Below are positions 23,591-37,450 of a DNA stretch of 64,000 bases, piece by piece. This stretch comes from Ginglymostoma cirratum. Lineage: Eukaryota. The translations under genes and the position numbers were made by a program. The stretch is from assembly GCA_024137785.1 (NCBI GenBank), contig JAHRHZ010000217.1, positions 4,907,013 to 4,971,012 on the forward strand. Reading direction: 5' to 3'. The notes under the pieces were generated by a model, which saw only the letters and a list, made by a program, of their open reading frames with translations, was not told the DNA's origin and did no database searches. Numbering within the stretch: the first letter of the stretch is position 1; each line of letters starts with the position of its first letter.

Positions 23591-25309
23591 AAAAAGTAAT
23601 ACTGCAATGACCGCACTCAAAAGGGAAACATGAGGGTTATACGTGAGACTTTTTAAATGTTTAAAGTGGCAATAAATTGGCTCCCATGTTGTATCCTTTC
23701 CAGATAAAGAACTGTGCTACCTCCTGTACCCCAAGAATACCTGGAAGAAATTCCACAACATATTGAGCCAGGTGTCAAGCCTCCTTGTTGAAACCTAAAA
23801 TAGTTGTTATGCAAATATTAATGGCAGCCTTAATGTCTGTTTCAGGATTCTCTTGGAAATTCAGTATAAATTCTGCTAAGCTTTGGGAGTTCTTGTCAAA
23901 AAAGCTTGGGAAGCAGGGCCAAGGGGATGGAGGTGGGGAAGGCGGGGAGGTATGGGAGAGGGGAATGAGTAAGGAAAACACAAATCAAACCATCTGTCCG
24001 CAGAGCTACATTTTGTGCTTCTGATCAGAGCAGAACAGAACATACAAAGCCTCGAGACTTCAAAACGGCCCCAAAGCATGCTGATACTTCTCTGCAGAAA
24101 TGCTATTTTTGAGCTGATGGCCCTGGTATACAAGGCAATTCTGGATTTACTGCAGAAATAAACATACTCGAGGCAAGTTTGTAGAGTTCATCTCCCATCC
24201 ATTGCACTCTGAGCTAACCACACAGGACTCAAAATACATTACTCAGTGGGGAGGCTTTGGAAATTACTAATCTGAATATGAGGCCCACAAGCAATAATCA
24301 CAAACAACTTCTCAAGTCAAGAATGCCAGAGGGAGAGGAAATAAATAATAGTTGAGTGCAGCAGGATATAATACATAGAAAAAGCATTCAACATTTAAAC
24401 AGTCCAATTAGGCACTGAAAGAGAAAATTACTTATGTGTCCGAATAATGGTTTCACAAATTAATTGCAGAAAATGTATTAAGCACAAGTAATTACTGCAA
24501 TCATAGGGAATACTCTCTTTGGGTTTGTACGTTACTACCTCTGATTCAGCAAGATCTTTCCTGCATAAAAACACTTTTATCTACTTTCAAAAACAATCGT
24601 ACTTTGTTCATGTGGATAGTCAAAACTGTGCAAATGGATAACTTTGTTGCTTTCAACTTCCTAACCTTGCTCAATAGACTAGGTGATTTAAACATACAAG
24701 ATCTGCATAATTAGACCAAGAAATAATGAAGAACAGCCTTTTATGTTCAGCTGCTGGTCTAGATACCAAGTCAGTCACCCCAAAGAGTACACAAATTAAT
24801 TTGTACTGCTCTGTGGCAACCTGAAAAAGGAAACGTTTACAACTTTAAATTTATACTTCAAGTTTTAATCCAGTTTAAAGTTAAAGATCTCCAAAGACAG
24901 CATCTGAAGATGGCATTTAAAAATGGTATCCTGCAAAATAAAATTGTGCACTCCACTAACCTGTCACTGTAACACTGAGAAGATAGCAAGCTTTTATTCG
25001 TAGGCTTGATATTAATTAATTGTTTGATTACAGAGTTTAAGTATTGCTGACAAATGGGACATGCTGCCAAAGTGTTTTGTCTTGCTCTCATCAGGAAATT
25101 TGCAAGAATGGCAACTTTCAAAGACAATGATTATTTATATGGGGCGCGAAAAAGGGTTTCTGGTTGGTTAGCAAGTGGAATCTCATCTATGATGTGACCA
25201 TAGAGAATACACCTCAGTACAGTTACTCCAAAGCTTGTGTTAAAGTTCAAATGAAGCAAACCTTGACAGCTTATTTTTTTCCTTAATTACTAAGAATTCC
25301 CAGAAATTA

Positions 25310-26530
25310 CATCATGGGAAGAGGGCCTTTTTGATTTAACCAGTCTGCATTTATATTTATCCTTTTTTTTAATATGTGTAATTATCTCCTTACCCTGTTG
25401 TTTCCATACTCTTTCAGCTGTTAGCAACTAATGATAAAGTTAAGTATTGAAGTGGATTCTGCAATTAACGCCTATTCTGGTAAATTCTACAACCTTGTAA
25501 TATTGCATGAAATAAAATCCGAAGTTCTTGCCTAAAATCTCATGCATATTGTTATGTTTATGTCTCATTTGTTCAAACCCACTTAATCAATTTCCCCCCA
25601 CCCTTCAAGCATCTCCTTCAAATTACTCAATTATTTTGCTGTATTTATATAAATAACCACATGTTTACCAGAAATTGCTTTGTTAGTTTCTCATGCTATG
25701 TTTTTCACCCATGATTTTTCCATTATAACATCCTCGTGAATCTATTCGACATTCTTCTTATTGCCTCAACATTCATAGTTCTGCTGTCCGAAATTAGTGT
25801 TTCAAGTCTGATCTTTCAAAGGCTTCATAACAATTCACTGCTCCATCTCAACCTTTATATTCTGAAATACACGCTGTAAATTCCATTAGTTTTCATATGG
25901 TGTTATCCATTTGAAGTGTTGCTGTTAAGATTGTTTGAATCCCCAAAATCCATCTGCTGTTCCACATCCCCGTCTGCTCAGCATTTAGAGAATAATCATT
26001 GCTTTTTGTTAATCATGTCACATTTACCGACATGGGATTCCAGATGCCACATTTTAGCCTAACTCCACCAGATCATCAATGAACCATTTGCAGATTCCTT
26101 TGGGACTCAGGGTTATTTATTATGCCTCCTATTTTGCAATCTTCTGCAAATATGAACAACACACATTCTAGCCCTTGATCCAAATTTTCAAACCGAGAAG
26201 GCATTAGAACAGCACCATATAAGAAATCATTACTAACTTCCAACCAAGCTGAAAGAGTGTCCTTTACACCTTTACATTGATCCACACTCCTAGCCAGCTT
26301 TAATCCAATTTGCTACCCTAAAATTTCTTTAATCTTCTCCAGAGCCTCCTGTGCTGTGTATTGTCAAAGTCTTTCTGAAAATCTATATATACCGCATTTG
26401 TTGCATCAATCAAATCTGACAGCTGCTCATGGAATTCTAACTGGCTTGTCAAGTGCAATTTTCTATTCCAAAATCTGCATCGACTGCTTCTAATTATGTT
26501 TTCTTCATACTTATAATTTAATCCAAAATA
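25310..26530 (-). mobile_element. Ancient CR1-group LINE relic
   Basis: ORF 26076-26285 contains IFAEDCKIGG (FADD-like); minus-strand IDFQKDFD near 26365-26390. Confidence 0.6.
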
Positions 26531-26554
26531 TTAGCTGCCATAGGTGATAAATAT

Positions 26555-27010
26555 TCTAGCCACTGAGTCCAGAGATCTGAGTTCATAATGGAGGATGACA
26601 TGACAGCATAATGCTAAAGGAATATTGCACCATTGGAGTTGTTGTCTTACTGATGACAAATTAAGACACTTGGCCAGATTTCTCTTCCCACATGTAGCTG
26701 TATTTTATCAGGCAGCATTTTAAAAATGGGAAGCTGGTATTGAGTCCAGAATTAGGACTTCTGTTGCTATTGATGGCAATTTTTGGCATTGTGCACATGG
26801 TTGGTGGGGAGAGAAGGGATCATAAGCCAGCTCTCTGATGTCTCAATTCCATTGCAGACTTTATTTCAGACCTATTGCAATGTTCAAGGCTGGGAGCTGA
26901 TTTTTGGAATGTGACATAATTCACACTAGATGCCATAAGATACAACCTATATTATGGAGTTAGGACTCATTGAAAAAGAGAGAGAAGAGTTTCCAATGTC
27001 CTTGCTGTTA
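26555..27010 (+). mobile_element. Deu/AmnSINE-like relic, apparently split by a MITE-like insertion (~26670-26940)
   Basis: Head-like CCACTGAGTC..GAGTTCA, then GGAATATTGCACC..GTCTT.CTGATGA; Deu-like GAAAAAGAG..GAGTTTCC..TGTCCT resumes near 26970. Confidence 0.35.
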
Positions 27011-28477
27011 TCAGTCCATGTTTGCTCTCTCATTTTGCTCAAAGACTGTGGTTTCTAAATTAACATTTTATTTCCAAGGCGGTTGGTTTCACACATTCCA
27101 TGTGGGTTGACTGGACTTGTTAGCTGATCAGAGCAGCGACTTCAGGTCAGTAGTACCTTTTTTAGAATTAGTTTCAGTCAATGAAATTCTCCAGTATTAA
27201 AGCCAAGTGATGCAAGTTGAATACTGATAGTTCATTTTAATATAATTGAAACAACATAAAGCTTTCTTCCAGCCTTTACCCCTCAAACAGTCTTACTGCA
27301 TCCATACTCTCTCCATGCCACCTCATATCACGTATCTACACTCAAAATGCCTCATGCCCTGCATGCTACTTATGCTCCTGCATACACTTTCCATAACACC
27401 TCATACCTTGCATGCCAATCTGTGCTACTGTTCCCATTCCTGAGGCATTTCATATTCTCTTTGCCAACCTATGCCCATGGCTGTAAAATTATGCCAACTT
27501 ATTGCCAACACATTTCTTTGCACTTACACCTACCATAGCAACTCTTCCAGCTTGGAAGGAGCTCAGGATGCAGGCTGAGATTGAAAACATTTTGCTTCAA
27601 ATATCTATTGTAGCCTTCATTATAAACACTCAGTCTTAAAATATACATGAAATATTTTTCCTTCAACTACATAATATCTTCTAATTAAAAACAATCCATT
27701 AAGTGCATAATCCCTTTTAACACAAACATTGGAATTCCTACCTCAATATCCAATACCAAAAATCTATAAACACGTGGATCTGGAGGTGGGACTCAGGACT
27801 TGTGGCACCTTCCACCAATTTCACAAAGTACATAAAACAAAAACCCAGGCCCAGGTGTTTAAAATACATGGTGTGTCACATCGGCAGACTTCTGACAACT
27901 ACTTTTGCAAACAACTGGATAAAGTATGTCCAGTGCTCATGCCAAACCCACTCCCATTTTATTTTACTTGGAGGTACAGCTGGAAGACCGCAAACAATTT
28001 GTTTAAAATGTGAAATCAGGCAGAGCAAGTCTGCCTGGTATTGCATGTACTTGATAGTGAGCCAATGAGCTCAGCAGGGAATTCATGTGGACCTCCAGAC
28101 CATTGACAGTTTGATCATGAGGTCCAAACCTCAAATTGGCCCTGGCCGTCCTTCCATTTTCATGTGGCTGGGGAGTATAATTTACCCGTTGTTCATCTAA
28201 ATAGTTAAAAGCTGTCCCCTTGTTCCGTTTCCTATCAAATCCTAACAATATTAACATACTATTAACTTTATGTATTCCTGTAGGTGGAGACAATCTTTCT
28301 ATTAAACAGTTACGAGTGTAATGCAGGATTACTGATTAATTATGGATTGAATATAATTGGAATAAGTCCTTGTGTTGACCACGATGAAGGATGCAATGCA
28401 TCACGTTTTCATTCTTATCACCTGGTGTTAGTGTCAAATAATGTTTTGTTTGTATATATCATGAAACAAATATCTGA

Positions 28478-29100
28478 ACAACAACAACAATTTGCATTTA
28501 TGTAAGTTTTTACCATAATAAAATGATTCAAGGTACTTCATGGGATAAAATTTGATGTCGATGTATTGGAAGTTATCTGACAGGTTAATCAAAAGTTTGG
28601 TCAAACATGTATGTTTCAACTAGCATTTTATGAGAAGAGAGAGAGAGGCCAAGAACCTGAACAGTTTCAGAAGTGAAATGCATAACCAAGGGCCTTGTTG
28701 CAGAAGATAAGATCACTGATACCGGAGCAATTGAAATCAGTGTTGCATAAGATTGGAGCAGCACTGTTTGCACAGATGGTTGTGTGCTTGGAGTACATCA
28801 CAAAGATAATGATAGGCAAAGCAAGGGAGGAACTTGAAACCAAGTATGAAAATTTTAAGCTCAAGGTGATTCTTAATCAGCGAGCAAGTCAGCAAAGGAT
28901 GTTGGGTGAATGGGCTTGCTGTGTATAAGCATACAAGCAGCAGACATTTTTGACCCTAAGTTCATAGAGGGTTGAATTTCTGACTCAGGATGTTCTTGAA
29001 ATTGTCAAGTTTGAAGGTATCAGTACATGTGGGTTTCAACAACAGGTGGACTGAGTTCAGCAATGTTGCACGGATGAATGCAAGGGTATGTGGTTAAATG
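28478..29100 (-). mobile_element. L2 LINE 3' relic
   Basis: AACAACAACAATTTGCATTTAT is the reverse complement of an L2-type 3' end; similar to 53250-53730. Confidence 0.55.
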
Positions 29101-29177
29101 CCAACCAAGTTTGCAAACTATTTTGTACTGCCGCAGAAAGTTACCAAGGAGAAACATAGGTAAGGAAGAGAGTTTGT

Positions 29178-29244
29178 AGAATAGTCTGAAGCTAATGGTT
29201 GCAACAATAAGAATAGTCTGAAGCTAATGGTTGCAACAATAAGA
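29178..29244 (+). repeat. Perfect 32-bp tandem duplication
   Basis: AGAATAGTCTGAAGCTAATGGTTGCAACAATA at 29178-29209 and 29210-29241. Confidence 0.95.
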
Positions 29245-29254
29245 TGCCTGTTGA

Positions 29255-29375
29255 AAGACTGTTGACCTGAAATTTTAACTTTGTTTATTCTCCAACGATG
29301 TGTCATGACCTGCTGATATTTTCAGTCTAATTTGTTCTTTTCGAATTTCCAGCACCTGCCATATTTTGCCTTTGC
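29255..29375 (+). mobile_element. Old PLE 3' end
   Basis: GACCTGAAA..TTAACT...GACCTGCTGA..TTTCCAGCACCTGC matches the PLE end plus tail. Confidence 0.55.
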
Positions 29376-31312
29376 GTTACAATAACATACCTTTTACCTC
29401 CAGGCTTCAAGTGGCAGTCTAGGATCAAAATTCCCACTCTTTGCTTTGTAACATTAAACCATAAACCTTTTAAAACAGTTCTTAAGATTTTGATGCAAAG
29501 ATAAATTCTCTCTTCACTAAGTCCCACTCCACTGCTGTCAGCTTATCAACTTTTCTTTAACTGAAATATTTCAAATGATTCAGGGGAAAATAAAATGTAG
29601 AATGCCACATATTCCTAAGTGTAAAGTTATTGAATTGAGACCAGCTATGCAAATTATTCCATAGTTGTCCCAAATAACAATTCTCATGAGAAGGTAAGCT
29701 CGTGTCTCAGTAACATATCATCCTTGCAAAGTTTCAATCCACCTGTAGTAGATACAAAATTAACCAAACATTTGGGAATTCTTTTCTTTTTATAACAAAC
29801 ATCATATGTGATACAGTCATGAGGTTTCACTTTGCTGTAGCTATCAATAGAGGGATGAAATTTTCTTGTTGATAATTATAGTTGAATCTGGCACTGTCTA
29901 ACTAAATTCAGAATGCAGAAACCACCAGACAGTTTCTAGTCTGCATTCTAGTCTGCATTCTAGTCAAGTTTATCTCTGGCAATATCTTACTCCCTTCAAG
30001 AAATTTGAAATAATCCATTTATTTAAACAAATAACACACACACCACAAGTCTGATCGAGAATGTGCTATAATTAATCTTAAAAATGATGTTCTCCCCCAC
30101 TGTCAAAGCAAGAACGCTTGCCAGTTTTGAAGGTCATTATAGCGTGAAACCAAAAAAAAAAACTTCCTTATTATTTTGTTTGGTTCTGTTCAGTACGACT
30201 ATCCTGAAATACCCCATCTACTCTCTGTATCAGTTGGAGGGTGAGAACAACTTTGGTGGATGATGGGAGCATTCGGCAGATTGGTCAACATCTGAAAGAG
30301 AATAAGTATTAACATTTCTGGGGTGGTCCTCCAAATGCCAAGGTCAGGCTGTTAAAATCTTTTCCTAAGATGACCAAAAAATGAAGGAACACAAGTGACC
30401 GATCAAGAATTTAAATACTTCAAAATCCAACAGACTCAATGATTTCAATACTCTTGTGACTCTCCTGGCACCCCAGAGACCATTTTCCATAAACTATAGC
30501 TCATCAAAAAAAAAAATTCAACCTGTCTCTTTTCCACAATCAAATAGCAAACACTCATTCACTTTTTTCTTGCTGATCCACATTACTCCCATGTCCCCAG
30601 CACCACCTCAACATTACAATTCTCATTCTAGAGATAAATCTCTTCATGGTCTATCCACTCCACAGATTTATAATCTTCCCCAACTCAAGAACCATCCAAG
30701 AACCAACAACCAAGAACATTACATTGCTTCAACCTTAGTCTCAAGTGCAAGTCCATTAGATTTGCACAAATATTTTTGTGTATGCTTTAAACAAACTAGA
30801 CCATAAGCACTGGAATTTCCTCCCTAAAGTGGTCTGTATGAAATCTTACAGGACTTGAGCAACATGGCCTGTGGCAGGATTTGTAGTGCAAGAAGGCTAG
30901 CAAGGTCTACCTCAACATCAGGAATGACTGGCTGCCTTTTTAATGCTTTTGCCGAGCAGTGAGGGAAATTTCTCATTAGGCAATGGAGAATTGCCAAATA
31001 AGAGGAATGATAGCTTGTTAAACACTTGATTAACATTACAGTTTAGCTGTGGTATTTAGCTTCCAATCTTACCAAATGCACTGAACAAGCCAGACATTTG
31101 CAATTCTCAACATGAAGTCAGAGCAGCAAATTGGTGACCTAAGCTCGTTGCTGGATGCAAGGATCCTCCATGTTGCTCAGCATCAAACAGGGTAAAGTCA
31201 GGACACAATCTATAGCCACCAGCAACATGCACCCCTCATCCATGGACATTGCTGTCTCACAATTGTCAACCCTTCTTGATCCTCGTGGCACATCTCCAAT
31301 TCATTTCATGGA

Positions 31313-34300
31313 AACATAGAGTCATAGAGTAATACAGCATGGAAATAAGCCCTTTGGATCAAACTCGTCCATGCTGATCACGGTACCCACTCAGCTAGCT
31401 CCAATTGCCCCCATTTGGTTCATATCCCACTAAATCCTTCCCATCCATGTAGTCATCCAAATGCTTTTTAAATGTTGCTATTGTACCTGCCTCAAGTACT
31501 TTCTCTGGCAACGCATTCCATATACGCACCACTCTCTGTATGAAGAAGTTGCCCCTCAGGTCCTTCTTAAGTCTTTCCCCTGTCACCTTAAACCTGTGCC
31601 CTCTAGTTGTCAATTCCCCACCCTGAGAAAAACACTATATGTGTACATCCTATCTATGGCCCTCATGATCTTATACACCTCAAAAGGTCACCCCTCAATC
31701 TCCTATGTTCCAAGGAATAAAGTCCTATCTTGCCTACCTCTCCCTATAACTCAGGCCTACTAGTCCTGGCAACATCATCATAAATCTTCTTTGCACACTT
31801 TCCAGTTTAACTACGTCTTTCCTGTAGCAGGGTGACCAAAACTGTACACAATAACTCCATGTGCGGCCTCACCAATGACTTATACAGCTGTAACATAATG
31901 TCCCAATTCCTATACTCAATACTTTGACCGATGAAGGCCAGCATGCCAAATGCCTTCTTCACCACCCTGTCGACACCACTTTCAATGAACTACGTACTTG
32001 TACTCCTTGTCCCTCAGTTCCACAACAGTCCTCAGGACCGTACCATTTACTGTATTAGTCCTACCTTGGTTTGACATTTCAAAGTAAAACACTTCACCCT
32101 TGTTTGTATTGAATTGCACTTGCCAATCCTCAGCCCACTTCCCCATCGGATCAAGGTCACTCTGTAATTTTTGTCAACCTTCCTCATTATCAACAATACC
32201 TTCTAATTTTGTATCATCTGCAAACTTAGTAATCATGCCTTGTACATTCACATCCAGATCATTTATGTAAATAATAAATAGCAAAGTTCCCAGCACCGAC
32301 CCCTGTGACATGCCACTAGTCACAGGCCTCCAGTGCGAGAAACAACCTTCAACCATCACCCTCTGCTTCCTACCGTTGAACCAATTTTGAATCCAATTAG
32401 TTAGCTCTTCTTGGATCCCATTCAACCTGACCTTCATGACCAGCCTGCCATGCGGGACCTTGTCAAAGGCCTTACTAAAGTCCATACAGACAACATCCAC
32501 TGCCCTACCCTCATCTATCCTATCGGTTACCTCTTCAAAAAACGCTAAAGGATTTGTCAGACATGACTTCTCACGCACAACTCCAAGCTGGCTATCTCTA
32601 ATCAGACCTCAACTATCCAAATGTTGGTTGATCCTGTCCCTCAGTATCCTCTCCAATAACTAGCCTACCACTGATGTCAGGCTCACTGGCCTTTAGGTCC
32701 TTGGCTTGTCTTTGCTACCTTTCTTAAACAATGAAACAACATTAACCACCCTCCAGTCTTCCAGAACTTCACCAGTGACTAAGATGAAGCAAAAATCTCT
32801 GCAAGGGCCTCTGCAATTTCTTCCCTAGCCTCCAACAATGTCCGAGGGTGGACTTGATCAGGCCCAGGGGACTTATCCACCTTAAAGCAACCTTAGGCTG
32901 CAAATACCACCTCTCTGGTAATATGTATCTGGTCCAAAACATCCCCACTTGTTTCCATTATTTCTTTAGCATCCATGATTCTCTCCTGAGTATACACTGA
33001 GGAGAAATATTCATTAAAAATCTCCCCCATTTCCACATATAGATGGCCATGCTGATCTTTAAGGAGACCTATTTTCTCCCTAGCTCTTTATCTTAATATT
33101 GCGATAGAACCTCTTGGGATTGTCTGCCAGACCAATCTCATACTCATGTTTTGCTCTCCTGATTTTCCTCTTAAGCGTGCTCCTACACTTTTTATAATCA
33201 TCCAGGGATTTACCTGAGCCTGATAGCTTAAACCCAATGTATTCCTTCTTCTTTTTCCTGTCCAGAGTTTCAATATCCATCGTCAACTAGGGATCCCTAA
33301 ACCTGCCAGTTTTTCCCTTCACATACTGTCTCTGGACTCTTGAGATCACAGTTTTAAAAGTCTCCCATTTGCCAATTGTTCCTCTTCCTTCAAACAGACT
33401 CACCCAATCGACTACTGCCGGATCCTGCCTAAAGGCCCCAAAATTGGCCTTGCTCCAGTTTAGTACCTTAACCTATGGACTTGTCCTATCTTTTATCATA
33501 ACTATGTTAAAACAAAGAGAGTTATGGTCACTGGATCCAAAGTGCTCTCCGACTGACACTTCAGTCACTTGCCCGACCTCATTTCCTAAGAGGAGGTCCA
33601 GTGTTGCACCCTTCCAAGTAGCGCCCTCTACATATTGCTTTAGGAAACGTTCTTGGACACAGTTGCCAAATTCCTTCTGAGCAGACCTTTTGCACTTTAG
33701 GTGGCCCAGGTAATACAGGGAAAATTAAAATCTCCAACCAATACCATGTTGTTATTCATACGGATCCTTGCAATCTCTCTATACATCTGGTCCTCTAGTA
33801 CCCACTGGCTATTTGGGGGTCTATAATACAGTTCCAACAGAGTGTCCATCCTCTTCCTGTTTCTAAGTCCTAACCATATAGACTCATTTGATGACCCCTT
33901 AAGCACTGTTGTTATGTCCTCCCTTATTAAAAGGGCAATTCCCCCTTGTCGCTCATTTGTATTTCTGTCAGACCTGTAGCTTCTGTATCTTGGAACATTG
34001 AGCTGACAGTCTCGCCCTTCTCTCAGCCATGTTTCTGTTATGGTTATGATATCCCGTTACCCAGAGCTAATCCATGTTCTGAACTCATATGCCTTCTCAG
34101 TCAGACCTCATGCTTTGAAATAAATGCACTTTAAACCAGAAATCTATTTCCACACTTTACTGTGCCCCTGGCTATCCAGTAAACGTAGTAAACTTGCTCT
34201 CGATGGCTAATATATTTTCCCCTGACTTCTCAGTGGCCCTCTCTTGTCCAGAGTCCCAAACCTCCTGCCAAACTAGTTTAAACCCTCCCGGGTAACACTA

Positions 34301-35330
34301 GCAAATCTCCCCACAAGGATATTGGAACCCCTCTGGTTCAACTGTAGCCCATGCCTCTTGTACAGGTCACCTCTACCCAGAAGAGATCCCAATGATCCAA
34401 GAACTGAAAACCCTGCCCCCTACACCAGCTCCTGAGCCATGCATTCATCTGGCCTATCTTTCTATTTCTATCTTCGCTTGCACGTGGCACTAGGAGAAAT
34501 CTGGAGATCACTACCCTTGAGGTCCTGCTTTTTAATTTCTTACCTAACTCCCCAAACTCATTTCACAGGACCCCATCCCTTTGTCTACTTATGTCATTTG
34601 TACCGATGTGCACAATGACCTCTGGCTATTCACCTTACCCCTTCAGAATGTTCTGCCACCACTCAGAAACATCCTTGACCCTGGCATCCAGGAGGAAACA
34701 CACCATTCTGGTTTCCCTTCTGCTGCCACAGAATCTCCTGTCTGTCCCCCTCACAACTGAGTCTCCTATCAGTATCGCTCTGTCTGACTGCACCCTTTCC
34801 ATCTGAGCCTCAGAGCTGGTCACAGTGCCACTGACCTGACTGCTGCTGCTAGCCCCTGAAAGTTCATCCCCAACAGTATTGAAAGTGATATACCTGTTAT
34901 TGAGGGGAATAACCACAAGGGAACCCTGCACTATCTGCCTTCTCCCTTTACCTCTTCTGGTGGTCACCCAGCTGCATGCAACCTGCACCTTAGGAGTGAC
35001 CACTTCACTACAGCTCTTACCAACAATGTTCTCCGCACCCTGGATAATCCTGAGTATATTCGGGTTCCTGCTCCAGTTCCCTAACGTGGTCTGTCAGGAG
35101 CTGCAGCCGGGTGCACTTCTCACAGGTGTAGTCACCAAGGACACTGGAAATCTCCCTGATCTCCCACATCCTGCAAGAGGAACATGCCACTGCTATAACT
35201 GCCATCTCCACTGCTTTCAGTCTAGACAAAATGAGACTTAAAGAGCCTTTATCAGCACCCCTACTCAGCCTCCTCACACTGAAACCTCTTGAGCAAAGGC
35301 CTCAGCGCTTCCATTCGAACACTGGCCTAT
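31313..35330 (-). mobile_element. Near full-length CR1 LINE (ORF1 zinc finger/leucine zipper + SGNH esterase; ORF2 APE endonuclease + RT), inactivated
   Basis: CSSCRMWE..YTCEKC (35017-35277), IGDSVVR, VHIGTNDI, YYRPPNS/VGDFN (33697-33906), DFSKAFDKVPH/QGSVLG/FADD (32174-32578), CTATG-type 3' repeats near 31313. Confidence 0.95.
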
Positions 35331-35439
35331 GGCTGCACCCTTGTACATCTTTATTTTGACAGTCACAGATCCCCTTTCACTTTTGGTCAGAGGAAGAGGA
35401 AGGGAAGGAAACACCAATGTAACATTTCAGGTTTAGCCA

Positions 35440-36250
35440 CAACTTGACACCAGGTTCTCTCTGACCTCTTGTGCAGTCATGATGGCTGTGGCAATGTCTC
35501 CCAGAATTCCACTGTGATGACTCTCTGCCACCCTCTGATGCACTGCCCTTCTCTGCCCTTCTCTGCCATATCGGAGAGGGTGTCCTGTGGAGGTCCCCTG
35601 ATTTGCTCCGATTTCAGGATGCTTAGGCAACACAGACTTGTACTGCAGGGCATGCATGCAACTAATATTGAAGAGTTTCTGCAAGGACAACTTGTTTCCA
35701 AGATCAGGTATCAAGCCCATTCATTGGAGTACCAGGTTGCATTCTCAGGGCTCCTTGCTTACTCTCTTCGCACTCACTTAGCACCTACCTGCATGATCAC
35801 AGCATCCACGACTTGCCTTGCCATGCCATGTCGTGGTTGTTAGCACTTCAACCAGAAGCAAAGTATTGATATGCTCTTTTGCACAGACATACAGACAGAC
35901 TACTTGATATGCTTCTCAATAGGGATCTGTCCAGTGAGGAGGGTAAGGAAATGTTGCTTCACAGCACTCAGACATCAATTTAAGATCTACAGTGTGTGTT
36001 GGGTGCCTGCATGACAAACACAACACAAGTTTATTCAACATAATGGCCTGGTCGGAAAGTGAGTCGGGCTTAATCTTCAACATGCTCAACGAGGGAGAGG
36101 TGATACTGCTTAAAGATGATAACAGTACAATCAGTCATGGGTTCCATTCACACATAGTGACTTGGGCACAGTCAGTCATCCGCCCAGGCTGCTCCATGGT
36201 CAGGGGATATGTATGACTATAATCCTGTAGGACCAGCACCTAACAGTCAA
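35440..36250 (-). mobile_element. Possible heavily decayed Harbinger transposase
   Basis: Ordered weak remnants IMQVGAK, LGNKLSLQ, LSILK..GPPQ, AQEVRENLV parallel the relic at 48700-49730. Confidence 0.3.
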
Positions 36251-36624
36251 GGGAATTACAAATGCTCAGTGAAGAAGCTGCAAACACAGAGGTCAGGGGC
36301 CTAGTCTGTCATGTCCAGGCAATGCTTATTAAAATTGCTCGAAAGTCGAGGGTGAACAAAGTCCCGGGGTTCCAAGCATTGGTCATTGAGGAGGATACCA
36401 GGTGGGATGGGGGAATCTGTAGGGTGGGAGGGAGCACTTGTTGCCAATAAGAGTCAGGAAGTCAAGTCTAGGTGTAGTGAAAGCAAATGCATGTGGAGAA
36501 TGAGACCAAGAAGAAGGACGGACAAAATTCAAGATGTCAGATGGGTAGGCTGAATGGTTTTAGAGGGCATGGTAGACCATGGGATCAGGGAGTTAGTGTC
36601 TGTGATGGAGGATTATTTACTGGA

Positions 36625-37450
36625 TAAGAACCAGAGAGTAGGATGAATGGGATATTTTAAGTTGGCTGCCATAAGGCATACTTTAAATGAATGGGCAACA
36701 AGATATAGCATAATGTGAGAAAGTGTGAGTTCATTCACTTTGGTTGTAAGAAAGGAAAAGCAGATACTTCTAATTGCAAGAAAATTGTAAACGTTGATGC
36801 TCAGAGAAAGCTGAGTATACTTTTTTGAAGAACATAAAAGAGTTTGTATCCAGGTACGGCAAACGATTAGGAAGGCAAATGGCATCCTGAAATTTATTGC
36901 AAAGTATGAGAATGAAGAAATTTTGCTATAATTACATCGAGTTTGAGAGATCATACCTGGAATACCGTGTGCAGTTATTATCTCCATATTTAAGGAAGGC
37001 TACACTTGAATTGTAAAACAGCTAAGGCTTACTAGGTTAGCCCCTGAGCTTAACGTGTTGTCTGATAATAATCGGCTGAGTAAATTGGGTCTACTCTGGA
37101 GTTAAAAAGAATATGAGGCCATCTCACTAAAAAATTCAAGCTTATCAAGGAGCTTGGCAGGGTATTAACTGAAATGTCCCCACAGTTTCAGGTTCAGAAG
37201 CTGATTATTTAGGGCTGAGATGAGCAGAAATATCGTCACTGAAAAGGTTGTGAATTTAGCATCAGTTAATCTATTTCAGGCTCAGGGAAGTTAGTTATTG
37301 GTTTCTCAGTGAGTCAGGGAACATGGAGGGCAGGTGGGAAAGAGGATTTGAAGTCCAAGGTCGGCCACGATCACGTTGAATGGTGGAGCCAGCTTGACAG
37401 GCTTTAGGGTCTTCTCCTGCTTCTGTTCCTTATGTCCTTATGTACTATGT
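36625..37450 (+). mobile_element. CR1 3' fragment, degraded
   Basis: LNEWA..KCEFIHFG, LEYRVQL, tail CTCCTGCTTCTGTTCCTTATGTCCTTATGT. Confidence 0.8.

Noticed and set aside
23704-23771. Exon-like unit after a strong acceptor (KELCYLLYPKNTWKKFHNILSQ)
   Set aside because: Weak donor GTGTCA and no recognisable homology.
27270-27540. CATGCC-rich tract (reverse-complement-like tracts at ~720-900 and ~3690-3950)
   Set aside because: Degenerate low-complexity repeat interior; boundaries and family could not be defined.
28284-28505. ORF with acceptor and GTAAGT donor
   Set aside because: The donor and QQQQ come from the antisense L2 3' tail; no recognisable protein.
29178-29244. CRISPR-like 32-bp repeats
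   Set aside because: No spacer, two copies only, eukaryotic context.
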